DNA of 64,000 bases from Spirochaetaceae bacterium. Its GTDB lineage: Bacteria > Spirochaetota > Spirochaetia > DSM-2461. The notes beneath the pieces were generated by a model that was not told the origin of the DNA, did not search any database, and saw only the letters and a program-made list of their open reading frames with translations. This document shows, piece after piece, positions 31,855 to 40,832 of this stretch. Each line of letters begins with the position of its first letter. Positions within the stretch are counted from its first letter, which is position 1. A program made the position numbers and the translations under genes. The stretch spans positions 1,280,001-1,344,000 of the forward strand of contig OZ245056.1 of NCBI GenBank assembly GCA_965224705.1, written 5' to 3'.

Positions 31855-32815
31855 CTCCAGTACCCGAAACCCCAGGGGTCAGTGCCTCAACAATGAGTTC
31901 GGTGTTATAGAGCATCAGATCCAGGTAGTCATCTCCCCTCTCTCCCTCATGGGCCAGGGCACCGGTGTTCAGGATAACCACAGAAAGATTTTGTGTATCA
32001 TCTGCCAGTGTTTTTGCCATCTGCCTGATGCTGCGGCTGCCTGTCTCGGCAACAAAAAGAGCCCGAATACCTTCTTTCTCAATGGTCGTCTGAAGTTCCA
32101 CCAGATGCCGTGCGGATGATTCAACCTGGTCATTTGTGTGAGGAATGATGTTGTCAATCACTGTGAAGCCGTAATCCCTGGCGAAATAGGCGAAGGAGTT
32201 ATGATCCATCACCAATTTCCTCTGATCCACTGGAATACTCTCGGTAAGTCTCAGAATCTGATCATCAAGGTTCGCAAGCAAATCGACATATTTCTCTCCG
32301 GCGCGGGCATAATTATCGGCATTTTCCGGATTTTCGCTGGAGAGAACATCAACTATGGATCGCGACCAGATCATCACATTGCGAGGAGAAATCCATACAT
32401 GAGGATCGGCAGCTTCATCTTCATGATCGTCATGGTCATCGTGGTCATCATGGTCATCATGGATAAGGTCGAGTTCCAGGGACAGGTCTACAATGACAGG
32501 TTCACGGAGGGAATCAAGTATGGGCAGAAGCTGAGTTTCAAGGCCGAGGCCATTGATGAAGATAAGATCGGCTGATTCCAGATGGGCCAGATCACCAGGG
32601 GCAGGTTCCCACGAGTGGGAATTCTGTCCTGGAGGCATAAGAGTTTCCAGGGCGGCATTACTTCCCAGAAACTGAGAGACAATGTCGCCAATGATACTTG
32701 TTGTTGCAACAACTTTCAGAGGGAGATTTTCCTCAACAACAGGTTTCTTTTTTGTACAGCCCGTAAGAATGGCAATAACCATTAGAAGGGCAGTTATTTT
32801 TTTTGATGCTTTCAT
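31844..32815 (-). CDS. Zn ABC transporter substrate-binding lipoprotein (ZnuA/AdcA-like)
   Basis: Lipobox LTGC, NSHSWEP, His/Asp-rich loop HDDHDDHDDHDDHEDE (9-bp repeat near 32421-32462), DPHVW. Confidence 0.92.
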   Translation of the reverse strand: MKASKKITALLMVIAILTGCTKKKPVVEENLPLKVVATTSIIGDIVSQFLGSNAALETLMPPGQNSHSWEPAPGDLAHLESADLIFINGLGLETQLLPILDSLREPVIVDLSLELDLIHDDHDDHDDHDDHEDEAADPHVWISPRNVMIWSRSIVDVLSSENPENADNYARAGEKYVDLLANLDDQILRLTESIPVDQRKLVMDHNSFAYFARDYGFTVIDNIIPHTNDQVESSARHLVELQTTIEKEGIRALFVAETGSRSIRQMAKTLADDTQNLSVVILNTGALAHEGERGDDYLDLMLYNTELIVEALTPGVSGTGDGS

Positions 32816-33087
32816 TAAGTTTTCCTTTCGTGCTCACAGGTAAGATGGCTCTCAGAACAGTCGTCACAGGTTTGGACCTGGTGGTGCCGGGTGAATTCAT
32901 CCCAATGCTGGCGCTGGGATATGCTCAGGGTGCCGGTTCCACCGCAGAGGGGACAGGAGTTTCCCAATGCCGCTAAAACAGCCATGCGAATGAAATCGGA
33001 TCTGTTTGCTATTCCAGCCATGGCTTCGGCCAGGGACTCATTCACTTTGAAAGTGATCATTTCTGCCTTGTTCCGTCCAGTCGACAT
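32815..33087 (-). CDS. Ribbon-helix-helix (CopG-like) regulator with Cys/His-rich C-terminal metal-binding domain
   Basis: ITFKV strand plus NRSDFIRMAV helix, then CPLC...HH...CDDC..HLTC. TAATG-coupled to the SBP gene. Confidence 0.75.
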   Translation of the reverse strand: MSTGRNKAEMITFKVNESLAEAMAGIANRSDFIRMAVLAALGNSCPLCGGTGTLSISQRQHWDEFTRHHQVQTCDDCSESHLTCEHERKT

Positions 33088-33096
33088 ATTAGCTGA

Positions 33097-33125
33097 AAGG
33101 TATTACATTGTAATACTTCAGTCAA
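33097..33125 (-). promoter_or_regulatory. Promoter with perfect palindromic operator in the spacer
   Basis: Minus strand TTGACT-17 bp-TACCTT. GTATTACA-T-TGTAATAC at 33100-33116. Confidence 0.7.
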
Positions 33126-33396
33126 GAGATATTTCTCTTTTTTTGTATTCTTTACATTAAATTATCTCACAAGAAAGAGATGCCTTCACTTCAACATGCT
33201 TCCGGACACTCGGAAAAAGTCTCCGATTTGGCATGAATGCTATTGCCAATGAGTTTTATCTTCGTCAATTCACCTCTGGAAAGTCTGGACAGGCCTCAGC
33301 CCTGGCCAGCTTTGCCGCATTTCAATTAAAGGGTGATTATCAGAACGAGAAATAGTTCTTGACCATCCGCTCCATACCCTGGAATAATGAGACCCC

Positions 33397-35022
33397 ATGA
33401 GGAAGTATGTATTTGTTACAGGCGGTGTGTGTTCCAGTTTGGGGAAAGGCATTGCCGCCTCTTCCCTTGGGTGTCTTCTGGAAAGCCGCGGTTTGTCGGT
33501 GTGCATGATCAAAATTGATCCCTATCTCAATGTAGATGCCGGCACAATGAGTCCCTTTCAACACGGAGAAGTCTTTGTTACAGACGATGGTGCCGAAACA
33601 GATCTGGATCTCGGTAATTATGCCCGATTCACCAACTCACCCCTCAGTGCTGCCAATTCCATCACTACGGGTCAGATTTACCAGGAAGTGATACGGAAGG
33701 AACGCAAGGGAGATTACCTGGGCAAATGTGTGCAGGTTGTTCCCCATATAACGGATGAAATAAAGCGCAGAATTTATGCACAGGGAGAAAAACCTTCCAT
33801 TGAGGTTACTATTGTTGAGATAGGCGGCACCGTTGGAGACATAGAATCCATTCCCTTTCTTGAAGCTGTGCGGCAGATCATACACGAAGGAAGTCGCCAA
33901 AACACCCTGAGTGTTCATGTCTCCCTTATCCCAACATTATCCACTGGTGAGTTAAAAACCAAACCAACACAGCATTCGGTGAAGATTTTGAGGGAAATAG
34001 GCATACAGCCGGATGTTCTTCTTTGCCGTATTGCAAAAGAAATGGACACATCCATGAAACGTAAGATTGCCAATTTTACGAATATTGACTATGAATGTGT
34101 TCTCTCAGCCCATGATGTGCACACCTCAATCTACGAGATACCCATTGCGTACAGAAAACAGGGGCTGGATATTATTGTCTGTGATCGGCTGGATCTTCAA
34201 TGCAGCGTCGACAGGTTTCGCCCCTGGGAGGTGGTAAATGAGACCTGGCACAATGCTGCTGAAACCGTTGAAATTGCAATGGTTGGGAAATACATAGAAC
34301 TTGAAGACTCATATAAATCCATCGACGAGGCCCTTGTGCATGGAGCTGTTGCCAATGGAGTAAAGCTCAAAATCAAGAAAATTGATTCTGAAAAACTTTC
34401 CTCGTTTGAACTTGCAAAGGAGGCATTGAGAGAGGTTCAGGGAGTGCTTATTCCTGGCGGATTTGGCGGTCGTGGTATCCCGGGCATGATTGAAGCTGTT
34501 CGAGTTGTGAGAGAGAACAATATACCCTTCCTTGGAATATGTCTGGGTATGCAGATTCAAATTATTGAATGGGCCAGAAATATCCTTGGTATTGCTGATG
34601 CCAACAGCGTTGAATTCACACCCGACGGCCCATCCAATGTCATCGCATTGCTGGAAGAGCAGGTTGATATTACTCAATATGGTGGAACGATGAGACTTGG
34701 ATTGTGTGAATCTACAGCCGTGGAAAATACTTTCATCCATACGGCCTATGGCGCAAGCACCATCAGGGAACGTCATCGGCACCGGTATGAAGTGAGCAAT
34801 GAGTACAGAGAGGTTTTAACAGAGTCTGGATTGGTTTTTTCCGCCTTTACTCCTGATAAACTTCTGGTAGAGTCAGCAGAATGGCCGAATCATATCTGGT
34901 CGGTTGGTGTGCAGTTCCACCCTGAGTTTACATCCAGCCCGCTCAAGCCTGGCCCCCTGTTCAAGGCTTTCCTGGCGGCAGCGGCTCGATGTGACCCTTA
35001 TCGAGTGTCAGAAAGCCTGTAA
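33397..35022 (+). CDS. pyrG: CTP synthase
   Basis: FVTGGVCSSLGKG, DPYLNVDAGTMSPFQHGEVFV, GICLGMQ, ERHRHRYE, QFHPEF. Confidence 0.98.
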   Translation: MRKYVFVTGGVCSSLGKGIAASSLGCLLESRGLSVCMIKIDPYLNVDAGTMSPFQHGEVFVTDDGAETDLDLGNYARFTNSPLSAANSITTGQIYQEVIRKERKGDYLGKCVQVVPHITDEIKRRIYAQGEKPSIEVTIVEIGGTVGDIESIPFLEAVRQIIHEGSRQNTLSVHVSLIPTLSTGELKTKPTQHSVKILREIGIQPDVLLCRIAKEMDTSMKRKIANFTNIDYECVLSAHDVHTSIYEIPIAYRKQGLDIIVCDRLDLQCSVDRFRPWEVVNETWHNAAETVEIAMVGKYIELEDSYKSIDEALVHGAVANGVKLKIKKIDSEKLSSFELAKEALREVQGVLIPGGFGGRGIPGMIEAVRVVRENNIPFLGICLGMQIQIIEWARNILGIADANSVEFTPDGPSNVIALLEEQVDITQYGGTMRLGLCESTAVENTFIHTAYGASTIRERHRHRYEVSNEYREVLTESGLVFSAFTPDKLLVESAEWPNHIWSVGVQFHPEFTSSPLKPGPLFKAFLAAAARCDPYRVSESL

Positions 35023-35182
35023 AACCCCCTTCAACCCATCCCGGAATTCCAACCTCATCCTAAACCTTCACAAGTTGGTGTAGAAGTTCCTCGTAGCCGG
35101 TGACTTTTTTCGCATAGTAATCAATTGAAAAAGTCTGGGAAGAAAAGGTTTTTGTTGCATTAACAAGCTTCCTGACACTGGA
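35001..35182. mobile_element. Family B MITE (182 bp), TA duplication, internal deletion derivative of 51115-51745
   Basis: TA|TCGAGTGTCAGAAAGCCTGT...ACAAGCTTCCTGACACTGGA|TA. Interior matches pieces of the 51.1-51.7 kb element. Confidence 0.85.
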
Positions 35183-35276
35183 TAATGCCCCAAACCATCA
35201 CCTGTGACACGGAGAGAGTGTATGAACAGCCTGGGAATGGCGGGACTCTGCCTGACCCGGAGAAAAAGAACGAAAA

Positions 35277-36089
35277 TTAATTCGAATTAATCTCTGAGAT
35301 CTCTACTTCGAAACTTATCGGTATGTTTGGGTTGCCATGAATATCTTCAATAGTTTTCTCTTTTATATCGACACTCAATTTACCAGGGACCAATTCCGTA
35401 TCAAGTACAAACACCAATGCATCATTAAAGCTGCTGGAGCTCCCGAAAGCTCCTATTGACACCGAGTTGATTGTCAGCAGGTTGCTGCCTTGTTTGAAAG
35501 TCACAAAATCCTTAATGTTGGTTTTAACATCTTTAACACTGTTTGAAAAAAACCGTATCTCTTCCTTGAAAAGTATTTTCATTTCTTTCTTTTTTGTAAT
35601 CGAGAATGGTCTCTCACTCATAATATAAGAAACCTCTTCGGGGCCAGTTACATCCTTAACTGCCTTTTTCGTTATTGTCAGAGTTGATGTAATAGGGTTT
35701 CCATCCTCAACAAGCTTCAGTGTATTCGGCTTAATTTCAATCTCAACAGTATCATCTATCTGAATATTTGCATCGCGAAACATTAAGTACATTCTCGATT
35801 CATCCAGAGAAGAAATCTCAGTAGCCATCGAGCCAATGTCATTCGGATCCAAAGTTTTCGAAGTGTCATTTATGGTCAGTGTAAATGTTTTGTTCCCCTC
35901 ATCCACCCATGCTACTTTTTGCCTGAATTTCATGGCATAAAATCTGCTTCCTTCTTCAATATCATCCTGATGTAAAGCAAGCAAAGAGTTAGAGTCATGG
36001 AATGAGATTTTCAACCCTAATGGTGAACAGGAAAAAAACAAACTGACCAATGCTGTCAGAGCAAATAGAATATGTATTCTGTGCCGCAT
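35277..36089 (-). CDS. Hypothetical lipoprotein (Ig-like beta domains)
   Basis: Hydrophobic leader ending LFFSC, GGAGA SD. Confidence 0.7.
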   Translation of the reverse strand: MRHRIHILFALTALVSLFFSCSPLGLKISFHDSNSLLALHQDDIEEGSRFYAMKFRQKVAWVDEGNKTFTLTINDTSKTLDPNDIGSMATEISSLDESRMYLMFRDANIQIDDTVEIEIKPNTLKLVEDGNPITSTLTITKKAVKDVTGPEEVSYIMSERPFSITKKKEMKILFKEEIRFFSNSVKDVKTNIKDFVTFKQGSNLLTINSVSIGAFGSSSSFNDALVFVLDTELVPGKLSVDIKEKTIEDIHGNPNIPISFEVEISEINSN

Positions 36090-36222
36090 AAAGATTCTCC
36101 TTCCGGGGTTCCTCAGTAGAATTCACCATGAAGGTATGACCTGCCTCATGCATTTGGAGAGAGCACTTTGAACTGATGAGGTCCTGTTTAATCCGCTACT
36201 GAGTTTTCTTAACCTCTTCTTA

Positions 36223-36251
36223 ATTCTACAGGAATATTTGCTCCCTGTCAA
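36223..36251 (-). promoter_or_regulatory. sigma70 promoter upstream of the lipoprotein gene
   Basis: Minus strand TTGACA-17 bp-TAGAAT. Confidence 0.6.
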
Positions 36252-36493
36252 GTTTTTGTGCCAACAATGGGAATTCCCCACGAACAAAAAATTGTACGAA
36301 TCCCTTTTCGATACCCTGGATTTGGTCCCCGGAATCAGATTACTCCTGCTACAGAGACATTTTGTCATTCAGGAGGGACATGATGAATAAACGGCTCAAG
36401 TTCCTCAAGAAGGAATTTAATCTTCCAAAAGAAGCAATCCTTATTTTCTGTTCGAACTGGTACAACAACAGGTTCCCATGTATCATGATATGA

Positions 36494-37603
36494 GTGGAGG
36501 CTCCATTGTATTTAGCCATAGATCTGGGAACTGGAGAAGGAACGAAAATCACTGTTTTTCCAAATTTGTCAGAGTGTCATCCGGAAACAGTTGTTCATAT
36601 TCAAGACTATGGTCCGGATTTTAATTCATACAGCTGTATTCTGGATTCATCGATAAAAAAATACCTCAACAGCATTGGGGTGAAACTCAGTTCAATCAGG
36701 TCAATTGGAATAGCAGCGGCAGGAATCTTGAAGAGTGATGGAACTTTTCAATTAATCCAGAATCTTTCCCAATTCAACAATCACAATTTATGCCAGACTG
36801 TATTGGACCTGTACGGCAAACCAACTGCTATCGACAACGATGCCAATGCCGGGGCCATGGCAGAATGGAGTGTCCTGCGAATGGAATTACTCTACTGGGT
36901 ATTCGGTGGAGGTTGGGGTGGGGCCTGGGTTAGCAGAAATGGAGAGGTGCGTTTTCCATCAACAGAATGGGACGGCCGCGATGAAAGCCTGCACATCAGT
37001 AATGAACCAGGATACGCCATTTCCTTTAATAAACTTGACCTTAAAACCCTGTTTTCAGAAATACATGCCTCGTATGAACGGTTTGAACAAATTCTGCTGG
37101 AGGAATCAGGCGAAAAGGCTGTAATCGGGCCAAAAGGCAATCCTCATACCCTGCGTGCAGAAACAATTCTATCCGGACCGGGCCGATGCCGTTTGTTTCG
37201 AGCTATTGTTGGGGATGACGATTTCTTTGAACGGTTCCTGGATCCCGGTGAATCAAAACAAATGGACAATACGTCAATCGCCGGGAAGCACATAAGCAAA
37301 TTATCCAGCATGCGAGTGGAAGCGGCGATAAATACAGATAGGCTTTTCGGCAAAATCCTTGCTCGTGCAACCCGGGAAATTCTGCGTCAGGGTATAAAGG
37401 ACAACATGTCTGAGAGTATTCCTGTCTGCCTGGGCGGTAAGTCAAGCTATGCCCTGCCTTATTTCGGGCCATCAACCCAGCGGCTGTTAGGAAAAATGGG
37501 TTACATGACCTATCTGAGACCATCTGTCATTGATGAAAGAGGGATAAATGCCAACCTGCTGGGAGCGGCTGTTCTTGCCGCCAGGGCCAATGGAGATATT
37601 TAG
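36494..37603 (+). CDS. ROK-family sugar kinase-like protein (atypical)
   Basis: LAIDLGTG, IGIAAAG, IDNDANAGAMAE, GGGWGG, C-terminal ANLLGAA. Confidence 0.75.
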   Translation: MEAPLYLAIDLGTGEGTKITVFPNLSECHPETVVHIQDYGPDFNSYSCILDSSIKKYLNSIGVKLSSIRSIGIAAAGILKSDGTFQLIQNLSQFNNHNLCQTVLDLYGKPTAIDNDANAGAMAEWSVLRMELLYWVFGGGWGGAWVSRNGEVRFPSTEWDGRDESLHISNEPGYAISFNKLDLKTLFSEIHASYERFEQILLEESGEKAVIGPKGNPHTLRAETILSGPGRCRLFRAIVGDDDFFERFLDPGESKQMDNTSIAGKHISKLSSMRVEAAINTDRLFGKILARATREILRQGIKDNMSESIPVCLGGKSSYALPYFGPSTQRLLGKMGYMTYLRPSVIDERGINANLLGAAVLAARANGDI

Positions 37604-37608
37604 AGTCT

Positions 37609-38358
37609 ATGATCAATAAATCCTATAAGAGCCTGATTTTACGGTCATTCATATTACTCATTGCAGCACCTCTCAGTGCTGATGGGCCGAGAACGGCAGC
37701 AACCACGGAATGGACAGCGGCCTTCTGTCGGGCGGCTGGAATCACCGATGTCGTGGTACTGGCACCATCTGGTTTGATTCATCCGCCAGATTATGAACTG
37801 CGACCATCAGACATTCCAGCATTGATAAATGCAGAACTCATTGTATATGGCGGTTATGAAATCATGGCTGAAAGAATTCATTCCCATGTCGCTGGAACCG
37901 GCACAAAGCTGTTGAGAATTGAAACAAGCTACGATACCACAATCCTCAAGAAATCAATCAACCGTATTGCCATGGAAGCAGGGACAACTCCAGGTGGACT
38001 TGAAAGGATTAAAAAAGCATGGGAAGAGGCCCGATACATGCTGTTGGAAGCAGACATTGCAGGCAAGGGAGTGATAGCTCATCAGTTTCAGGTCCCCTTT
38101 GCAAAAGAAGCGGGGTTTATCATCAAAGGAGTTTTTGGCCCCATGCCGCCAGGACCAAAACTTATTGCCGAATCCTCTTCAATTTCAGCTTCGTTTGTAC
38201 TGGACAATGCCCATAACCCAATAGGGTCTCCCATTGTGGAAGTGCTGAAAGATGCCGCTCTGGTACAGCTTATCAATTTCCCGGGTCAGCACGGCACGAG
38301 AGAATTGGCCGATGTGATACTTCACAATGCGAAAGCATTGATTGAGTCTGCACAATAG
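37609..38358 (+). CDS. Metal ABC transporter substrate-binding-like protein (short)
   Basis: Signal peptide, HPPDYELRPSDI, AELIVYGGYE resembling cluster A-I SBPs. Confidence 0.65.
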   Translation: MINKSYKSLILRSFILLIAAPLSADGPRTAATTEWTAAFCRAAGITDVVVLAPSGLIHPPDYELRPSDIPALINAELIVYGGYEIMAERIHSHVAGTGTKLLRIETSYDTTILKKSINRIAMEAGTTPGGLERIKKAWEEARYMLLEADIAGKGVIAHQFQVPFAKEAGFIIKGVFGPMPPGPKLIAESSSISASFVLDNAHNPIGSPIVEVLKDAALVQLINFPGQHGTRELADVILHNAKALIESAQ

Positions 38359-38464
38359 ACTCAAGTTGATCCCAGGGGATTTCGCTGAAACTCATAAATC
38401 CCGGTGCCTTGACCAAATCGACTCTTCGTTATAAATTCATCTCTTCAACACAAGGAGAGATGAT

Positions 38465-38653
38465 ATGTCCAAAGCCCACCGTGGCCAACCCCTCAAACAG
38501 GAAATACCAGGCTCCGGCCGCGGAATCTGCCCGATCTGTAAACGATCTGGAATAAAACTGCTCTATGAACATGAAGTGGAAGAAGAAAAAATAACCATCT
38601 GCAAGCAGTGTCATGCTGCAGAAAAAGCGGGAAATCTCAAAAACACCGTTTAA
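38465..38653 (+). CDS. Small zinc-ribbon protein
   Basis: AAGGAG SD. CPIC and CKQC pairs in 62 aa. Confidence 0.7.
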   Translation: MSKAHRGQPLKQEIPGSGRGICPICKRSGIKLLYEHEVEEEKITICKQCHAAEKAGNLKNTV

Positions 38654-38661
38654 GAAAACCC

Positions 38662-39171
38662 CTACCAATGCTCGTAGCTGATAACACGGTCTCTTGAAAG
38701 ACGATCCACCTTGATCTTCTTATCATTTGTATGACCAATAGCAAGCAGAAGCAAAGTTTGTATGGAATATGGTAGATTGAGAATGCTCTTTGCCATTTGT
38801 TCATCATAGGATCCGAGAACAATGGATCCAAGTCCCTCATGAGTTGCCTGCAGGGACATATGGGAAACAGCAAATGCAATGTCCAGTGGATGACTTGGCT
38901 GACCATTCGGCATTGTGTATTGGATATTAGTAGTGCATGCGGCGATGATACACCCTGCTTGAAGGATACGCTTTTCACCAAAACAAGCTCTGGCCAGAGC
39001 CTCCTTTTTTTCAAGTTGTGTGATTGCAATGAATCGCCATGTTTGCCGGTTCTTGGCCGATGGGGCCAATCGACCAACTTCAAGAATTCTGCTGAGAACC
39101 TCAGGATCAATAGAACGACCATCAAAGGATTTAGCCGTGGATCTTTGTTGAAGAACTTCAAGAATGCCCAT
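38662..39171 (-). CDS. Nitroreductase family protein
   Basis: RSTAKSF, APSAKNRQTWRF, LQATHEGLGS. Confidence 0.88.
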   Translation of the reverse strand: MGILEVLQQRSTAKSFDGRSIDPEVLSRILEVGRLAPSAKNRQTWRFIAITQLEKKEALARACFGEKRILQAGCIIAACTTNIQYTMPNGQPSHPLDIAFAVSHMSLQATHEGLGSIVLGSYDEQMAKSILNLPYSIQTLLLLAIGHTNDKKIKVDRLSRDRVISYEHW

Positions 39172-39393
39172 TTATACAGTATAACAAAGAAGTCTCATGT
39201 TTGGAAGATCCCTGATGAAAAGATATTCTTTGAGCGTCACAGGAAAAAGAGGATACAAAAAAATCTCCGAGCCTAATAGCCGATAAGTCTCCGTTTGCTG
39301 TCACTCGCTTCGCCCTGCGGGGAAATTGCCCTTTGGCGAAACGGTATGTACAATAATGTGTAATGCAACAATATTCATTCCTGAGGAGTTAAA

Positions 39394-39597
39394 ATGGAAA
39401 AAAGAGATTTGAACATTAAAAGCTTGGCAATAGGATTTTTATTAGCTATAGCCATAATTCTATCGATAGGTGCAGTCGGTGAATTAAATGAAGTAGGAAG
39501 GTATCAGATTTCATCAGTAGGGGACACCCCTTCCCGGGCGTGGATCATTGATACAAAACTGGCGGTGTTAAGCAGGGTAGCAAAATCGATTGATTAA
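39394..39597 (+). CDS. Small membrane-anchored hypothetical protein
   Basis: GAGGAG SD, IKSLAIGFLLAI TM segment, GRYQI...IIDT motif. Confidence 0.55.
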   Translation: MEKRDLNIKSLAIGFLLAIAIILSIGAVGELNEVGRYQISSVGDTPSRAWIIDTKLAVLSRVAKSID

Positions 39598-39631
39598 GGA
39601 TTATAATTTCTTGTATCATTAGGGTGTCTAG

Positions 39632-39792
39632 GAGTCTGTCGGACTTTAAGGCTTCGAGGCGATTTTTGATGATTTTTTCCTGATGCAAGGCGACAAAAAC
39701 GGAGCGTAGCTGGGCTACGTGAGTATTTTGGCAACGCAGCAGCAGGGAAAAAGGGCAAAAATCGAGCCGTGAGGCGTAAGTCCGACAGACTC
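39632..39792 (-). mobile_element. Family A MITE, core A1
   Basis: Reverse-orientation copy, flanks CTAG / CTGG. Confidence 0.9.
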
Positions 39793-39806
39793 CTGGAGGG
39801 GGGAAG

Positions 39807-40055
39807 TTGCCAGAAATAACAAGGTTTTTAGGAATTATAATTTCAATGTACTTTGATGAACACAATCCTCCGCATTTTCATGCCAAGTATAATGAATATC
39901 GGGCATCTGTGAGTATAAAGGAATTGAGCATCATTGCCGGAGCTCTTCCTACTAGGGTTCAAGGACTTGTGGAAGAATGGGCGAAATTACATCAGGATGA
40001 ACTCCTTCAAATGTGGACATCAAAGGAATTTCATCATATTGAACCTCTCGTTTGA
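39807..40055 (+). CDS. DUF4160-like putative toxin
   Basis: MPEITRFLGIIISMYFDEHNPPHFHAKY is the family signature. Confidence 0.85.
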   Translation: MPEITRFLGIIISMYFDEHNPPHFHAKYNEYRASVSIKELSIIAGALPTRVQGLVEEWAKLHQDELLQMWTSKEFHHIEPLV

Positions 40056-40070
40056 TAAAAGGATACGATT

Positions 40071-40325
40071 ATGGAATGCATTTATGTATCAAAGGCAAAT
40101 TATATAAAAGATTTCGTGATATTTTTGGAATTCAATACTGGAGAATCGGGAGAAGTCGATCTAAAGGATGCTGTCTACAGCTATAAAATCGCAGAGCCGC
40201 TGCGCGATCCCGCTTGTTTTTCAAAATTCTATCTTGATTCATGGCCAACGCTCGCTTGGGATTGCGGGTTTGACATAGCACCTGAATCCCTGTATTTCAG
40301 AGTAACGGGTAAAGGTAGAACTTAA
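40071..40325 (+). CDS. DUF2442-like putative antitoxin
   Basis: LEFNTGESGEVDL, TLAWDCGFDIAPESLY. Adjacent to DUF4160. Confidence 0.85.
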   Translation: MECIYVSKANYIKDFVIFLEFNTGESGEVDLKDAVYSYKIAEPLRDPACFSKFYLDSWPTLAWDCGFDIAPESLYFRVTGKGRT

Positions 40326-40576
40326 GCCGGAAGACAGCGAACAAGCTGTATAATTTCCTACTGATCGACGGACAGGTTCATGGTGAAATAAACAAAGCCC
40401 TTATCTATGAGCTAATTCAAAAACTTTCTATAAGTATCAGTTAGAGAAGGAATGACGTTGCCCCCGATGCCACCTCGACTAAATTCTCATTGAAAATGAA
40501 GATTTTGCCAGGTCTTTTACATGAAAAAAGCCATTTTTCTATGTTTTGGGCATACTTCTCCCCAAAAACAGGAATC

Positions 40577-40770
40577 TCAGCCCATTTCTTCTATGCCGCT
40601 TCGTTGTTCAGGCTGGCAGAATGAAATATTGAAGTATCTTCTGTGCGGTAAGACAAAGAACCCACACATCAACCGAAAAAACACCTTCTCATGCCCTCTG
40701 ATGTAAAGCCGTTTGGGAAGAACCGAATCCTTCAGATGGGAGTTGGCCCGCTTTAAGAAAAAGGCAAAAT
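40577..40770 (-). pseudogene. C-terminal fragment of a DDE transposase (IS5/IS1182-like)
   Basis: RANSHLKD...IRGHEKVFFRLMCG resembles the E-x-N-x-x-LK...RGxxKV tail. Possible IS end GAGCTAATTCAAAA at 40409. Confidence 0.5.
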
Positions 40771-40832
40771 TTAATAAGAAAAATATGTATAACATAGATT
40801 GTAAGCAACTTGCCCACGATCTATAATGAACT

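Noticed and set aside
36173..36215. CTGATGAG as a hammerhead ribozyme core
   Set aside because: No stem II followed by GAAA and no compatible stems I/III.
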